Made by a program: the position numbers and the translations under genes
The notes under the pieces: model-generated
The model's input: only the letters and a program-made list of their open reading frames with translations
Databases searched by the model: none
What the model was told of the DNA's origin: nothing
Part shown: positions 43,607 through 59,982 of the stretch, piece by piece
How positions within the stretch are numbered: position 1 is the first letter of the stretch
Layout: each line of letters starts with the position of its first letter
From: the human T2T-CHM13v2.0 reference genome, Homo sapiens
Direction: 5' to 3' (one strand)
DNA: 64,000 nucleotides
NCBI RefSeq assembly: GCF_009914755.1
Contig: NC_060939.1

Positions 43607-46600
43607 TAAAATTTCTGATATTATAGATCTGCTGGTAATAAATTCTCTCAGCTTTTTTGGTCTGAAAATGTCTCTACTTAACCTTAGTTTTTAAAAGATA
43701 CATTCACCACACATAGAATTCTAGGGTGACTTTTTTTCTCTTTTTGGTCTTTTGAAGCTATCACTCTTGTCTTATGGCTTTGATAGTTTCTGATCATCTT
43801 CACTTAGTTACACAAAATGTCTCTTTTCTCCCTCTGGCTAAGTTTAAGATGCTCTCTTTTTAACTGGTTTTAGCAATTTGATATAATGTGTCTTGGTGTG
43901 TTTTTGTTTGCTCTGATTGAGGTTTACTGAGATTCTTTGATCTCCGTAGTTTTTTTTTTTTCCATCAAATCAGAAAATATTTTGCTCATTATTTCTTCAA
44001 ATATATTTTTCTGTGCCCTCCTCCCTTTCATCTCCTGAGATTCCAATTACATCTATGTTAGACTGCATCATATTGCTCCATAAGTTATTGCTATTTTCGT
44101 TTTTTTACATCTTTGTTGCTTTCTCTGGGCTTTAATAAACTATGACTTCAAATGTACTACTTCTGAACTGTCTAACCGATGTTAATCCAATTTAGCTTGT
44201 TTTTTATTGTCAAATATTACATATTTAATCTCTAAAAGTTCCATTTGAGTCTTTTTCATATCTTCAGTTTTTTCATTTTCATAATACAAATGGCCCTTAT
44301 TGGTTGCAACAGGCAGTGAAAGACAGGACAGAACAACTCCATCTCCTGAGAAAGCGTCCAGAGACTCTGTCATCACCTTCCAAAATAAAAAATCTATTTT
44401 GTTCTTATCATATTCATGTTTTTTGTTATGTCTTTGGGCATATTTAAAAGATACATTATAGCTAATTTGACATTCTTACTATTTACATCATCTCCATCAT
44501 TTTAAAGTCTGTCTCTGATTATTGATTTTTTTTTCCCCCTTGTTATGGGTTATTTTTTTCCTGACTCTTTGCCTGCCTTGTAATTTCTCATCGGATGTTA
44601 GACACTGTGTTTTACATTGTTGGATTTTGTTGTATTCCTTTAAAGAGTGACAAACATTTTTCTTAACATGCTGTTAAGTTACTTAGGATCAGTCTGATTC
44701 TTTTAAGACTTAATTTTTAGTTTTGTGAGAGCAGGGCCAGAGCAGCCTTTACATTAGGACTATTTTGGTCCCATTGCTAAAACATTGTCTTTCTGAGGAT
44801 TCTACCTAATGCCTCATGTAATAGGTCGTTTCACTCTGGCTGATGAGAACAGAACTACTCCTCTAATCCTGTATAAGTACCAGAAATTGTTAGGTCTACA
44901 GGATTTAGGTGATTAGAATAATCATTCTTTCCCCAATCTCATGGAATTTTAACTCACATATGCACAGATCAGTAGTCAGCCACAGAGACTCAAGGAGACC
45001 CCTCAGCAGATCTCTAGCTCTTTCTCTTCATACAATTTCCTTCTCCTCTTTACTCTGCCTCACAAATTCTAGTTGCCTCTACCTTTCTATCTCCATCTCT
45101 TCAATTAGCAAGACCACTGGCATTTGTTTGGGTTTCCTCTTCCTGAGCCGTAGCAAATCATCTTTAGGTGTTAATCTGGGGCTTTCCTCATTTATTTCCC
45201 CTATTCTCAGAGATTGGAGTCCCGTAATGCTTACTAATATCTGAAAATATTTGACTCATATCTTTTGTCCAGTTTCTGGTTGTTTATAGCAGAAGGGCAA
45301 TTCCTATACCAATTAATCCTTTGTGAGTTCTATGGTATCATTTTCATGAAAATAAGCATTCAAGGAAGGGCACAAAGACGGCTGGGTGCCATCCATTTTG
45401 ACCACCTGCAATTTGGTCATCTGTTACTTGGTTTCCTCACCTTTATAATAAGTATAATAGTAATTATCCTAGAATAATTGGAGAAGAACTTAGACAACAC
45501 CTATTAGACAATGCATACGTGTAAATTTTTGGCAAAGGGCCTGGAAAACATACCATACATTGGTCATTATCTATGGATGGCAGATGACTTTCACTTGTTC
45601 TTACTCATGTATATTTTCTAAATAATCAAAAATTAACTCATTACTTTTGTAATAACTTAATGGCCGATTAGAAATATGAAAGAGGACTCTTTTTCTAAAA
45701 ATTAAATATAATTCATGAATATAAATTGAGAATATGTAAATTTGGAAGGATTTTAAAAGACACAATAGGATTGTGATTATAACTAAGTTTTTATTGTACT
45801 AGCTATATGGTATTCTTCAGATTAAAGAATGATTTTGGTATACATGGCACCTGTAAAAGATCCAAGGTAACAAAACACTTAACAGCTTAATAATTCTACC
45901 TTTCATAATCACGAGATTAATGTTCCCTTTTCAGACACTGAGCTCACCAAAGTACTTTTTGACCAGAATTTGGCTTCCCATGTGGATTTGCTAATCAGGA
46001 AAAAAATATGCTAATAAACTAAAAAATTGTATTAAGTCTGCTTATGACTCATATTTATGTTGTATATTAATAAACTTATATTACTCAACATGATTTTTTT
46101 TTCTATAACCCATTAATCTTTGCATTTCTAATCTACAAAGTGAACATCCAGACTCTGGATTGTGAGGACAGAAGCAAGGTAAAGACAGACTTCCCCAAGC
46201 ACTATCTTCTCATTCTTCCCAACCAAATGCCATTAACCCATATGATTATTAGGAAGGATTTTTAAAATTCATGGCAGTGATTTCATTATACTCAATTCCC
46301 TTTCCTTTAAGCTTATTTGCACATAATGAGTTATTTGGCTCCTTGGTCTTGCTTTTTCATTTCTTTTTTTTTTTTTTTAAAGAGAAAGGATGTGACCAAA
46401 TAGCCTGCACAGATTCAAATTTTTCTTTAGGCCCATGGTGAGAATTACCTAAAATAAAATGACATTTCTAGCCCACAATTTGAAGAACTGTGCTTATAAA
46501 TCAAACAAGATCATATACAATGATACATTAGTAGATAGCTTATGTTCAAACATCCTAGCTGCAAAAGAAGCATTTTAAAAAGTGTTAACATATACAGATA

Positions 46601-47305
46601 CACCTATCATGAATAAGGAAATTTTTATACAACAGTGAACACTGCTTCTGTGATATAAACATGAAATAGGGTAAAATTATGCAAAGCATTTGTTACCTAC
46701 CAGATATTTTGCTTACTTTCATAAATATCTACCAAATGAAAAGATCTTAGGAGATAGATGATTTGAGAAGAATGGAAGAGGCAATTTAAAAAGGAATTTG
46801 AAAAAATTATTCTGGAAGAAATTTGGTTAACTATTATCATATTTATTCCTAAAAGCCCCAAAAAAGAACTGGATTTCTATTTATACAAAGGTAAAATAAA
46901 TACACAGAAAAAAAACCTTCAGCCTCATTTAGTTAACTATTGATGGTAGCAGCATGAGGTTTAAGCAGGGAAAAAAACATATATCATTATGCTAACAGTG
47001 ACATTATCTAAGCAGCAGGGTTTAAAGGCAGATTTGTTTATAACATCAATTTTCTGCTTTCTCCTCACACTGAAAATAACAAATATTGAGATATCCATTA
47101 TCCAGACATATGTGGATGAAAAACAAAGGCATCTGACTTTTTTTTTTTCATCTTTGGTTCTTTTTTCCAAAATGATCAGTAATATATGGCTTTTTAGTCA
47201 CATAAATTAAAATCCCATTCAAGTACCCTGCAGATCACTTTAACCTTTCAATGACAATCTGAAAGATACAGATTCTTATTTGTTTTAAGCGAAACAAGAA
47301 ATAAC

Positions 47306-47428
47306 CTGAAACTGGGCACTGATGCTGGGAGGTTTTTTCTTCTTGTGTAAATGAAGAAGAGACTTGGTAATGCGATCTTGTAGTGTCAGTCTTGTCAGGT
47401 GCTTTAAAGAATTTACTTCTAGCAAGTG
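47306..47428 (-). CDS. MYO9A: MYO9A coding exon (~exon 19), end of class-IX loop-2 insertion: [41 protein letters not shown]
   Basis: 123 bp, phase 0/0; acceptor ttctcttctttcag|CAC, donor CAG|gttatt; translation matches myosin IXA. Confidence 0.96.
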
Positions 47429-47540
47429 CTGAAAGAAGAGAAAAAATAAATTGCTCACATAAATTAATCTAACAATAAGCCAAAATTCTCAGCCAGTTTT
47501 CATCATTTCCTATCTATATGACCATTTCCCATCTTAAATG

Positions 47541-48132
47541 ACTGTAGTGAATATGAAAGACTGATATCCAACATTCATTCTATTCTCCTGTCTTCCTCTA
47601 GAAGCTAGAAAGCTAAAAAGAAAAGTACACTTCACAAACTCTCTTGCATCTAGAGTTCTGGATATGGTTTAAGTTTACTAATAAAAGGCCCACATGTGAA
47701 ACTGGGAAGGTATAACTGAGGCAGAGGCTCTGGCTACTAGTTCTGCTTCTGCTAGCAAAAATGCATATACTTTATGTACCTTTTTTCTGTGGTTCCAGCA
47801 TCCAGGCACTAGTTTTGTAAATGCTCAGAGGCAGAGTGCAGAACATTTGTGTTGTCATCACAACTATACTAAATGCAGCTTAGCCCTGGAGCAAATAGTT
47901 GTAGCAGTTTCTTCCAGATGGCTAGATTACACCACAGGCAGTATGTACCGCAAGTAGCAGCTGCACTGACAGCTTCCTGATTTCCTAGCTTTCTAATTAC
48001 ATTTAGGGACATTTCTGCAAATGTTATTTTAACATGTGACTTCTAATGATTTTATAAGTGCCTGCTTAATTCCCTTTCTACTTAAAAATATCTACTGTAA
48101 TTACTGTTATCTCAATCCTGACTCACAGAGAC
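47541..48132. mobile_element. LTR33-like ERVL LTR
   Basis: agctagaaagctaaaaa...cttgcatctagagttctggat motif; family assignment from memory. Confidence 0.5.
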
Positions 48133-48190
48133 AACAATTAAATACCAGGGCGACAGTCGGTGTGCCAGGGACATACACAAAAACCAAGTA

Positions 48191-48512
<322 letters not shown>

Positions 48513-50102
48513 TCATCATGATGTACTACACTAAAAATTAGGAAAATGGGAGTTAGACATGAAGCAACTAAAGTATACAAAGTAAAGACAGTACAAGTAT
48601 TTGGGAGCTTTTTGAGCCAATCATAATTTTTTAAACCACACAATATTTATGGTAGTGAGTTTGTAAATGAAAAGAATATATCTATACAGATGTAAACTAT
48701 ATGTTATTTAAAAAGTAATCAAAAATCTTAATGTATGAGAAACAAAAGATTGTGTTAAAAACATGACAAATTTTCAAGTCTAAAGGTATCTATTTTGACA
48801 ATATAAACATTAATAAAACCATGCAAATTGAAAGAAGTACAACACACATGTAAACAATCTGAATTAAGGAAATGTTATTTCCTACAAATGAAAAGGCTTA
48901 TCATCTGTATGTAAAAAAAAAACTTTTAAAAATTCTTAAAAAGACAGATATCACAATAAAAGAAAGGGCAAAGATTATCTGACAAGGCAATTCTCAAAGT
49001 AAAAATGGCAAGTAACAAAACCACAATCCATTCAATCTCACTTGTATTGAAGGAAAATGCCATTTCTTTTAAAAGAGGTTTTCTGCATCAGATTGGCCAA
49101 TACAATAAAGACTGACAAGAGCCAGTATTCATGAGGTGGTGGGGAAACAGACATATACTATATACTCACTGTTCTTAGGAATGTAAATTATTATAACTTT
49201 CCTGACAAGAAATTTCACATCTAGATATTTATTCTAAGGAGTTATCAAACAAATCTATGTTGTTTATAACAATATACTTCAAAAAATAATGAAAAATTAT
49301 AGATATGCAATTATATAGAATTATTTATATAAAGTATGCTTCATTTACACAACTGAATACTCCACAGCTCATAAAGTTACTGTAAATCTGTATTTCCTGA
49401 CATGGGAAAATATTTGTAAGCACTATTGATCAAAAAAAAAGCCATGTAAAACAACACACATGTAAAAAGGGCATTTGTGCTAATTAGAAAGTTTTTGTTT
49501 TACTTTTATTGGCACTTTTGAATTATCACAGCTTCACGGTATGTATATTCATGAAAAGTAATTTTTCATACTGGTCAAGAATCAATTAGAATAATTTATA
49601 GGTTACCCTTATGTGAAAACAAATTAGCATTGAAGCCTAAAATAATTCCCCCACTTCCACTTTTAAGATACTATGGAGAAAAAGACCTTGGAAATAAAGT
49701 TTGAGTTTAAATTGTTTTTCACTATGAAAAAAACACCAGAGGGACTATGCAAAATAAAATAACTATTAGAAAATCTTTGCTGTCATGTATATTGCAAAAG
49801 TTTGAAAAACCAAACATGACATTCATTTCTGCCTCAGAGTCATTCCAATTTTTTTCATTTGCTTGGAATACTCTATAGCCGGGCCCTCACAAGACTTGGT
49901 TTTACTTGGCACTGAATTTGTAGTTTAAATGTAACTTTCTCAGAAAACTCTTGCTTAAATACTGAAAAAATAGCCCACTTCTATGTCAATTACATGTCAC
50001 TTAATTTTCAACACTGCACATAATATCATCTAAATTATTTTTTCATTTATTTGTTAATTTGTATATTGTCTTCTTTTTCTCTAAAAAATAACCTCCTGCA
50101 GT

Positions 50103-50807
<705 letters not shown>

Positions 50808-51235
50808 CTAATGAACTTTGAGCAATGCTTTCCCTAGCAAGTGGAGACCAGACTTCTTCCCATATACCTAACAATAACCTGGTCAATCAACAAATGTTCA
50901 GAGTCATTACTAAAGGTCAGACTCTGTTGTAAGTGCTAAGGATACATTGCATTCAAGTCCAGGCTATTAGGACATTAAAAAATAATTCAATCATGCATAA
51001 GGTTTATGAAAAAAAGATAAAATAGGACCGTAAATCTAGAGGTAAAGGGATACAGAATTATTTCCTTTCTTAGGGCTTCAGTTCCTTGTCTACTTCATTC
51101 CTTTCTTAATTCCATCATTATGGTTGAGTTTATTAAGCTTAATTAACCAGTTTATTATTTTTTTCAACAATTATCTACCACTTGCTGTGCAAGGTGCTGT
51201 AGGCAAAAAGATTAATGAGATATTGCTTGAATATA

Positions 51236-51552
51236 GTCTAACTGTTTTGAGTCTCCCAAAATTCATATATTGAAACCTAATCCTGGTGTGATAGTATTAA
51301 GAGGCGAAGGGGAGGGGCCCTTGGGAAGTAGCTGGGTAGTGGTATTAGTACCTTGATAAAAGAGGCCCAAAAGAGCTGCCATGTTAAAACACATAGAAGG
51401 TATCATTCCATGAGGAATGAACCATCACTAGACATCAACTCTGAAAACTTGATTTTGAAATTCCCTGCCTCTTACACTGTAATATATTTCTTTTGTTTAT
51501 AAATTACCCAATCTAAAACATTTTATCATAGCAGCCCAAACAAACTAAGGCA
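51236..51552. mobile_element. MLT1A/MST-like MaLR LTR
   Basis: ccaaaattcatat.ttgaaacctaatc...tttataaattaccca...atagcagcccaaa. Confidence 0.7.
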
Positions 51553-51602
51553 TTTCTCATGTTATTAAAAAGGACTAAAATGGCTAATAAAATTAACTTC
51601 AA

Positions 51603-51887
51603 GGTTGGGCACAGTGGCTCACACCTGTAATCCCAGCACTTCGGAAGGCTGAGGTGAGCAGATCACTTGAGGCCAGGAGTTGGAAACCAGTGAGGTCAAT
51701 ATGGCAAAACCCTGTCTCTAGTGGAAAAAAAAAAATAGCCGGGCATGGTGACGCATGCCCGTAATCTCAGCTACTTGGGTGGCTGGGGCACAAGAACTGC
51801 TTGAACCCAAGAGGCAAGCGGTCAGCAAAAATCGTGCCACTGCACTCCAGCCTAGGTGACAGAGTGAGACTTTGTCTCAAAAAAATA
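51603..51887 (+). mobile_element. Alu SINE
   Basis: Alu consensus; TSD-like taacttcaa. Confidence 0.85.
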
Positions 51888-52914
51888 ATAACTTCAAGAT
51901 TTGAGCCCAAGTGACTATAAAAACGTACTAGGGGAGCAACACAGTAAAATTAGTTTGAGCATGAATTTTGAGACAAGGAAGATATCAAAGTACAAATATA
52001 TAACTGGACAATGAAGCTGTCACTAAAACAATGTAACTAAAAAAAATAGGTCATGTTAGAAAAGTAGATCTAATACAGGTGACAGTTTCAAGTTAGGAGG
52101 GAATAAATTCTAACAAGAAAAATGGGAAAGTATTACCAAAACAGAGCTATCATCTTGTGGAAGGACGAACTTGAGTTCATGAAAGCTGCCTCTGCATTTC
52201 AAGTGGATGCTTGTCTGAAGCAAACTAGGCTAACTTGTTATCCAAAAGGGAAGAGCTGTGTGTCATCTCAGAGTCATAGTTGTACAAACTAAGTGCTGAC
52301 TGTGGCTCCTGTCAAGAGGTTTGATGGAAAGGCTCCCTGTAATAACAAGGATCTCAGATCATTTTGACTTATCCTGCAAAACCCAACCTAGATGTCATCC
52401 CTTCCACCCACTCCTTCTCCCGCACTCCATCCCTACCTAACTCATCCCTACTTCTTAAATAGAGAACTTAGTCTGAGACGAAATTAGTGAGTTGAGGATA
52501 TTTGGCCTCCTACTATATACTCAAAAAATTCCTCAGGATAGGGATATATCTTATCTAGCATAGCCTGTGTAAACAGGAGATATTTTTAATAAAAAGTTGA
52601 AATGAATTAAAAGTAGTAAGAAGTTTAAAAGATATATATTCAATAAGTAAAAAGGTCAAAAAGTTAGTATGAGTCTAAATTCCTTTCCCTCAATGATCTT
52701 TTTTCCAATAGCTTTACTGAAACAAAATAAGCTGCACGTATTTAATGTATACACTATAAGTTATGACATATTTACATAGCTATGAAGCCATCACCACAAT
52801 CATGATAATGAACATATCCATAGCCCCTAATGCTTTCTTTGTTCCTTCTCTCACTTTGCAAGTCCTCTCTTTTCCCTAAACACTGCATGCTGCTTCCTGG
52901 CAATCTTTTTCTAC

Positions 52915-53215
52915 TTTTTTTTTTATTTTTTGAGCATGGAGTCTCACTCTGTCGTCCAAGCTGGAGTGCAGTGGCGCGATCCTGGCTCACCGCAACCTCC
53001 GCCTCCCAGGTTCAAGCAATTCTCCTGCCTCAGCCTCCTGAGTAGTTGAGACTACAGGCACGTGCCACCACGCCCAGCTAATTTTTTGTATTTTTAGTAG
53101 ACACAGGGTTTCACCATGTTGCCCAGGCTGGTCTCGAACTCCTGAGCTCAGGCAATCTGCCCACCTTGGCCTCCCACAGTGCTGGGATTACAGGCGTGAG
53201 CCACCGCACCCAGCC
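52915..53215 (-). mobile_element. AluS-type SINE
   Basis: Alu consensus; TSD ctggcaatcttt. Confidence 0.88.
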
Positions 53216-55154
53216 TCTGGCAATCTTTAATCTACTTTAGGTCACTGTATATTTTTGGTTTTTCATCTTTTTTAAAATGATGAATAATAATTGTATATAT
53301 TTATGGGGCACAATGTGATATTATGACACATGTATACATTGAGTAGTGATTAAATCAGGCTAAATAAAATATCTCACATACTTATTTCTTTGCGGTGAGA
53401 TCACTTGAAATTTACTTGTACAGCAACTTTGAAATATATAATACATTATTATGAACCATATTCAACTTGCTACACAAAAGATCACTAGAACCTGTCTAAC
53501 TGAAACATTATCCTTTGACCAGTGTTGTCCCTTTCCCTTCCCACCCTTATACCCCAAACCTTTGGGAATCAAAACTCTATTATATACTGCTATGAGTTTG
53601 GCTTTTTGTTGTTGTTATGGTTAAAAGAAACCTTTTATTTAAAAACAATATGACATTTTAATTTTAATTAGCATTCATTAAGTAGCCAGTTTTTAATTCC
53701 TGGGGAGCAAATATGTACAAATATCAAGCACTAAATAATTGATAATTACTAATGTACTTAACATTAGGTAATTTAGTGTCTTCCTCCTTTCCAATTTCTA
53801 TGCCTTTTTTTTCTTTCTCTTGCTTACTTGCTCTGGCTAGGACTTCCAGTACTATGTTGAATAGAGAAAGTGGTGAAAGCGGGCATCCTTGTCTTATTCT
53901 AGATCACAGAAGAAAAGCTTTCCATTTTTCCTTGTTTAGTATGCTGTCTGTGAGTCTGTCATGTGGTCTTTATTATGTTGAGGTACATCTGTTCTGTCTA
54001 TATCATGAGAGTTTTTATCATGAATGAGTGTTGAATTTTGTCAGATGCTTTATCTGTGTCTATTGAAATAACTGTATAATTTTTTCCCTTAATTCTGTTA
54101 ATGTATCACATTTACCGATTTGCATATGTTAAACCATTCTTGCATCCCTGGGATGAATCCCACTTAGTCATGATGTTATCTTTTTAATGTGCTATTGAAT
54201 TTAGTTTCCTAGTAGTTTGTTGAGGATTTATGCATCCATGTTCAATCAGAGACACTGTCCTACAATTTTCTTTTTTGTTGTGTTCTTGTCTGGTTTTCTT
54301 ATCAAGGCCTTGAAAATAAGTTTGGAAGAATTCTCTCCTCTCCATTTTTCTGAAATAGTTTTAAAAGGACTGAGACTCATTCTTCTTCAAATGTTTGGTA
54401 GAATTGAGCAGTGAAGCTGTCATGTAATGGACTTTTCTTCAATGGGAGACTTTTTATTACTGATTTGAACTCAGAGTTGTTACTGGTTTCTTCAGATTTT
54501 CTATTCATGATTCAATTTTGGTAGGTTGTATGTGACTAGGAATTTACCCATTTCTTCTAGGTTTTCCAAATAGTTGCCTTATAGTTGTTAGTAATAGGCT
54601 CTTATGATCCCTTATATTTCTGTAATATCAGCCATAATGTCACCTTTTCACATCTCTGAATTTGAATCTTTTCCTTTTAAAATTTTGTCTAGCTAGAAAT
54701 TTGTCGATTTTTATCTTTTCAAAACACTAACTCTTAATTTCATTAACGTTTTGTATTTTTAAGCCTCTATTTCACTTATTTCTGCTATGATCTTTATCAT
54801 TTCTCTTCTTCTATTAACTTAAGGTTTATTTTGTTCTCATTTTTCCTAGTTCCTTGAGGAATAATGTTATTGGTGGTTTACTGGAGATCTTTCTCACTTA
54901 CTAACGTAGACAATTATTGCTATAAACTTCCCCATTAGAACTGCTTTTGCTGTAGACCATAGGTTTTAGTACATTGCATTTGCATTCTCATTTCTTTAAA
55001 TTTTTTTTAATTTCCCTTTTAGTATCTCCTTTGACTCATTTGTAGTTCAGAAGCATGTTGTTTAAAAACTATTTGCATATAGTTTCTAAAGAACCTATTA
55101 TTGATTTCTAGTTTAATCCCTTGTCACAAAAGATACTCCCCAACTTGAAATTTT

Positions 55155-55955
<801 letters not shown>

Positions 55956-56086
55956 TTAACTCTATCGTTCTTTGCTGATTTTCTGTCTGGTTGTCCTATC
56001 CATTGCTGAAAGTGGAGTGTTGATGTCCCCTATAATTACAGTATTGCTATCTCTCTCTCCCTTTAGGGCTAATAATATTTCCTTCA

Positions 56087-56330
56087 CATATATACATGTG
56101 TATATATACACATATATACACGTATATATACATATACGTATACACATATATACATATATACATATACGTATACACGTGTATGTACATATATACGTATATA
56201 CGTATATGTACATATATACTTACATGTATATATACATATATACGTATATACGTGTATATGGATATATACGTATATACATATCTATGTATATGTATATATA
56301 GATACGTATATACATGTATATCTATATATA
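56087..56330. repeat. (TATACA/TACG)n compound microsatellite
   Basis: direct reading. Confidence 0.9.
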
Positions 56331-57294
56331 ACCTTTCTTCCTCTCTTACTATTTATCTGTCTGTTTTGGTGGTTTTCTGGAGAGTTAAGCTTTAATTCTT
56401 TTCTCTTTCTTATTTATGTATCTGCTGTCGTTTTGTTCTTTCAGGTTACTATGGGGCTTACATTTTAAAATCTTGTATTTATAATGGACTATTTTAAACA
56501 GATAACAACTTTGCATACAAATACGCTAGACTTTTATCCCCATCCCCCCACAATTTATAACTTGCTGCCTTAATTTACATCTTTTTAAAATCATGTGTTA
56601 CTTAACATTTAATTGTAGCTATAGACATCACTTACCATTTTGAGTTATAACCATCATACTAGAGATTTAAAAGACTATATGCCACCATTACATTAATAAT
56701 ATATTCTGAGTTTGAAAGTGAAATTACCTCTAACGGTTCTAAATTGGATTCTGAATTGACTTCTACCAGTGAGTTTTATTCTTTTGCATATTTTTATCAC
56801 GGTAGTTATCTTACCATATTTCTTGTGTCCCCGTATTGACCTGTGCCATTAGGTGAAACAGCTGCCTCTTCCAATTTTATGGGGTAACTTTCTTAAGAAG
56901 ACATTTTCTGTAGATGGATCCTAAGGTGGTAAATGGGTAGGGTGCTTTAGCTTTGGTTCTAGGTAGGTGCAGCAGTGTAGTCTCTGTGTAATTTCTTTAC
57001 CTGTAGTCAACATCCGATGTTACTGCCTCAGTGACTTAGGCTACGGGTGTTTACAAAGTTGGTGTGCTTTTCCAGTACTATGTTGGTGCCACCAAGCAAG
57101 CCAGTCCTCTGGTCCTGGGGGGCATGCGCAAGGCATGAGTGACAGTTCCAAGCCATGCACCGTGGTATATGCCTATAATCCCAGCAACTTGGGAGGCTGA
57201 GGCTGGAGGATCACTTGAACTGAGGAGTTCAAGTCCAGACAGGGCAACATAATGAGACCCTGCATATTTTTGTTTGTTTGTTTTAAAGTGCAGT

Positions 57295-57629
<335 letters not shown>

Positions 57630-58340
57630 CTAGCAAATGAAAAGGCAGTGTCACCAGGAGCAGAGCTACCAGACAGCCTGGCCCTCAGACCCTGCAGGGT
57701 ACACATGCAAAGCATAGTGGTTCTGTAGGTTTCAGAGGTGGCATCATTGGATACACACCAGTCCACTGGCTCTGGAAGGCACACACAAAATGCACCAGTT
57801 CAGCCAGTTGTAGGGACAGCGTCATCAGGGGTGGGGATGCTGGGTGGGCTGGCCCTCAGGACCTGGGTAAGAGTACAAATCCACTCATCATGGGGGTGGC
57901 ATTGGCAAGAGTGGGGCCACCAAGTGGGCCCATCCTCAGGCCCTCGGGGAGGGCACAAATCCAATGATCACAGGAGCTGCACTGTCAGGGGTGGGGCTGC
58001 CAGGTAGGCTGATCCTCAGGCCCTAAGACATTTCTTTGGCAAAATGTCTTTTGGCTATTTTTAAATTAAATTATTTGCTTTTTTGCTATTAAGTTGTTTG
58101 GACTGCTTATATATTCTAGACATTAACCCACTGCCATATGCATAGTCTGCAAATATTTTCTCCCATTTACAGTTTGTCTCATCATTCTGTTGATTAGTTC
58201 CTTTGCTGTGCAGAAGCTTTTGAGTTTGATGCAATCCCATTTGTCTATTACTGCTTTCGTTATCTGTGTTTTGGGGGTCATAGTCAAGAAATCAACAGCC
58301 AGACCAATGTCATAGAGTTTTCCCCGTATGTTTTATTCTA

Positions 58341-58615
58341 CAATTGTCCCTCAATATCCATGGGGATTGGTTCCAGAACCACGCTGAGATAACAAAATAT
58401 GTACATACTCAAATCCCATGGCCGGCCCTGCAGAACCCACAGGTACAAAAAGTTGGTCCTCCATAAGGGTGGATTTTGCATCTCACAAATACCATATTTT
58501 GATCCACATTTGGTCGCAGATGTAGATCCCCCTGATATGGATGACTGTATTTATTTTTTTTAAACCCATGTATAAGCGGACCTGCACAGCTCAAACCTGT
58601 GTTCAAGTTTAACAG
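58341..58615. mobile_element. MER8-like TcMar-Tigger MITE inserted in L1
   Basis: caattgtccctc...ggggattggttccag...ggacctgcacagctcaaacc, consensus-like. Confidence 0.75.
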
Positions 58616-58890
58616 TTTCAGGTCTTATATTTAAGTCTTTAACCTACTTGGTTGGATTTTTTATGTGGGGTGAGATATGGTCCCAATTTCATTCTTCTAC
58701 ATGTGGATATCCAGTTTTCCCAACATCATTTATTGAAGAGACTATACTTTACTCATTGTGTGTCCTTGGCACCTTTGTTTAAAGTCAACTAACCATAAAT
58801 GTACGGGTTTACTTCTGAGCTTTTAATACTTTTCCATTGGTTAATGTATATTTTCTTCTGCCAGCTCCATGCTGTTTTGATTACAATACC

Positions 58891-58896
<6 letters not shown>

Positions 58897-58948
<52 letters not shown>
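58897..58948. repeat. (AT)26 microsatellite at the AluYb8 tail/TSD junction
   Basis: direct count. Confidence 0.95.
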
Positions 58949-59236
<288 letters not shown>

Positions 59237-59667
59237 TCTAATATATTTTTAAATCAGGTAGTGTGAGCCTCCATCCAGCTTTGTTCTTTTTGTTCAAGAT
59301 TGCTTTGGCTATTTGGGGTTTTTTTGTGTATTCATATGAATTTCAGGATTTTTTTTATTTCTGTGAAAAATGAAAATGGAATGTTATAGGGATTGCACTG
59401 AATCAGTGAATCACTCTGGGCAATATGGAGATTTTAACAATATTAATTTTTCCAACCCACTAACACAGGATATCATTTTTCATTTGTGTTGTCTTCAATT
59501 TCTTTCATCAATGTTTTATGATTTTTTTGTATACAGATTTTTAACCTCTTTGGTTGAATTTACTATAAAATAGTTTATATTTTTTGATGCTATTGTAAAT
59601 GGGATGGTTTCCTTAATTTCTTTTTCAGATAGTTCATTTTTAGTTTATAAAATGCTACTGATTTTTA

Positions 59668-59982
59668 GGCTGGGTGCAGTGGCTCATGACTGTAATTCTA
59701 GTACTTTAGGAGGCCAAAGCAGGAAAATCATTTGAGGCTAAGACTTTAAGACCAGCCTGGGCAACACAGAGAAAGAAGATTCCATCTCTACGAGAAAAAA
59801 AAAAAAAAATTTAATAGCCAGATGTGGTAGCATGCACCTGCAGTCCTAGCTACTGAGGAGGCTGAGGTGGAAGGATTGCTTGAACCCATGAGTTCAAGGT
59901 ACAGTGAGCTACAATCATGCCACTGCACTTCAGCCTGAGTGGCAGAGTGATACACTGTCTCTATTAAAAAAAAAAAAAAAGC
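59668..59982 (+). mobile_element. AluJ-type SINE
   Basis: Alu consensus; TSD-like ctgattttt. Confidence 0.85.

Noticed and set aside
44265-44376. C/D-box snoRNA idea (GTGATGA ... CTGA on the minus strand)
   Set aside because: No terminal stem; the D-box lies in L1 sequence; no recognisable rRNA or snRNA guide
55962-56395. Tyr/Ile-rich ORFs (also 41003-41225 and 58837-59069)
   Set aside because: Artefacts of stop-free (TA)n microsatellites
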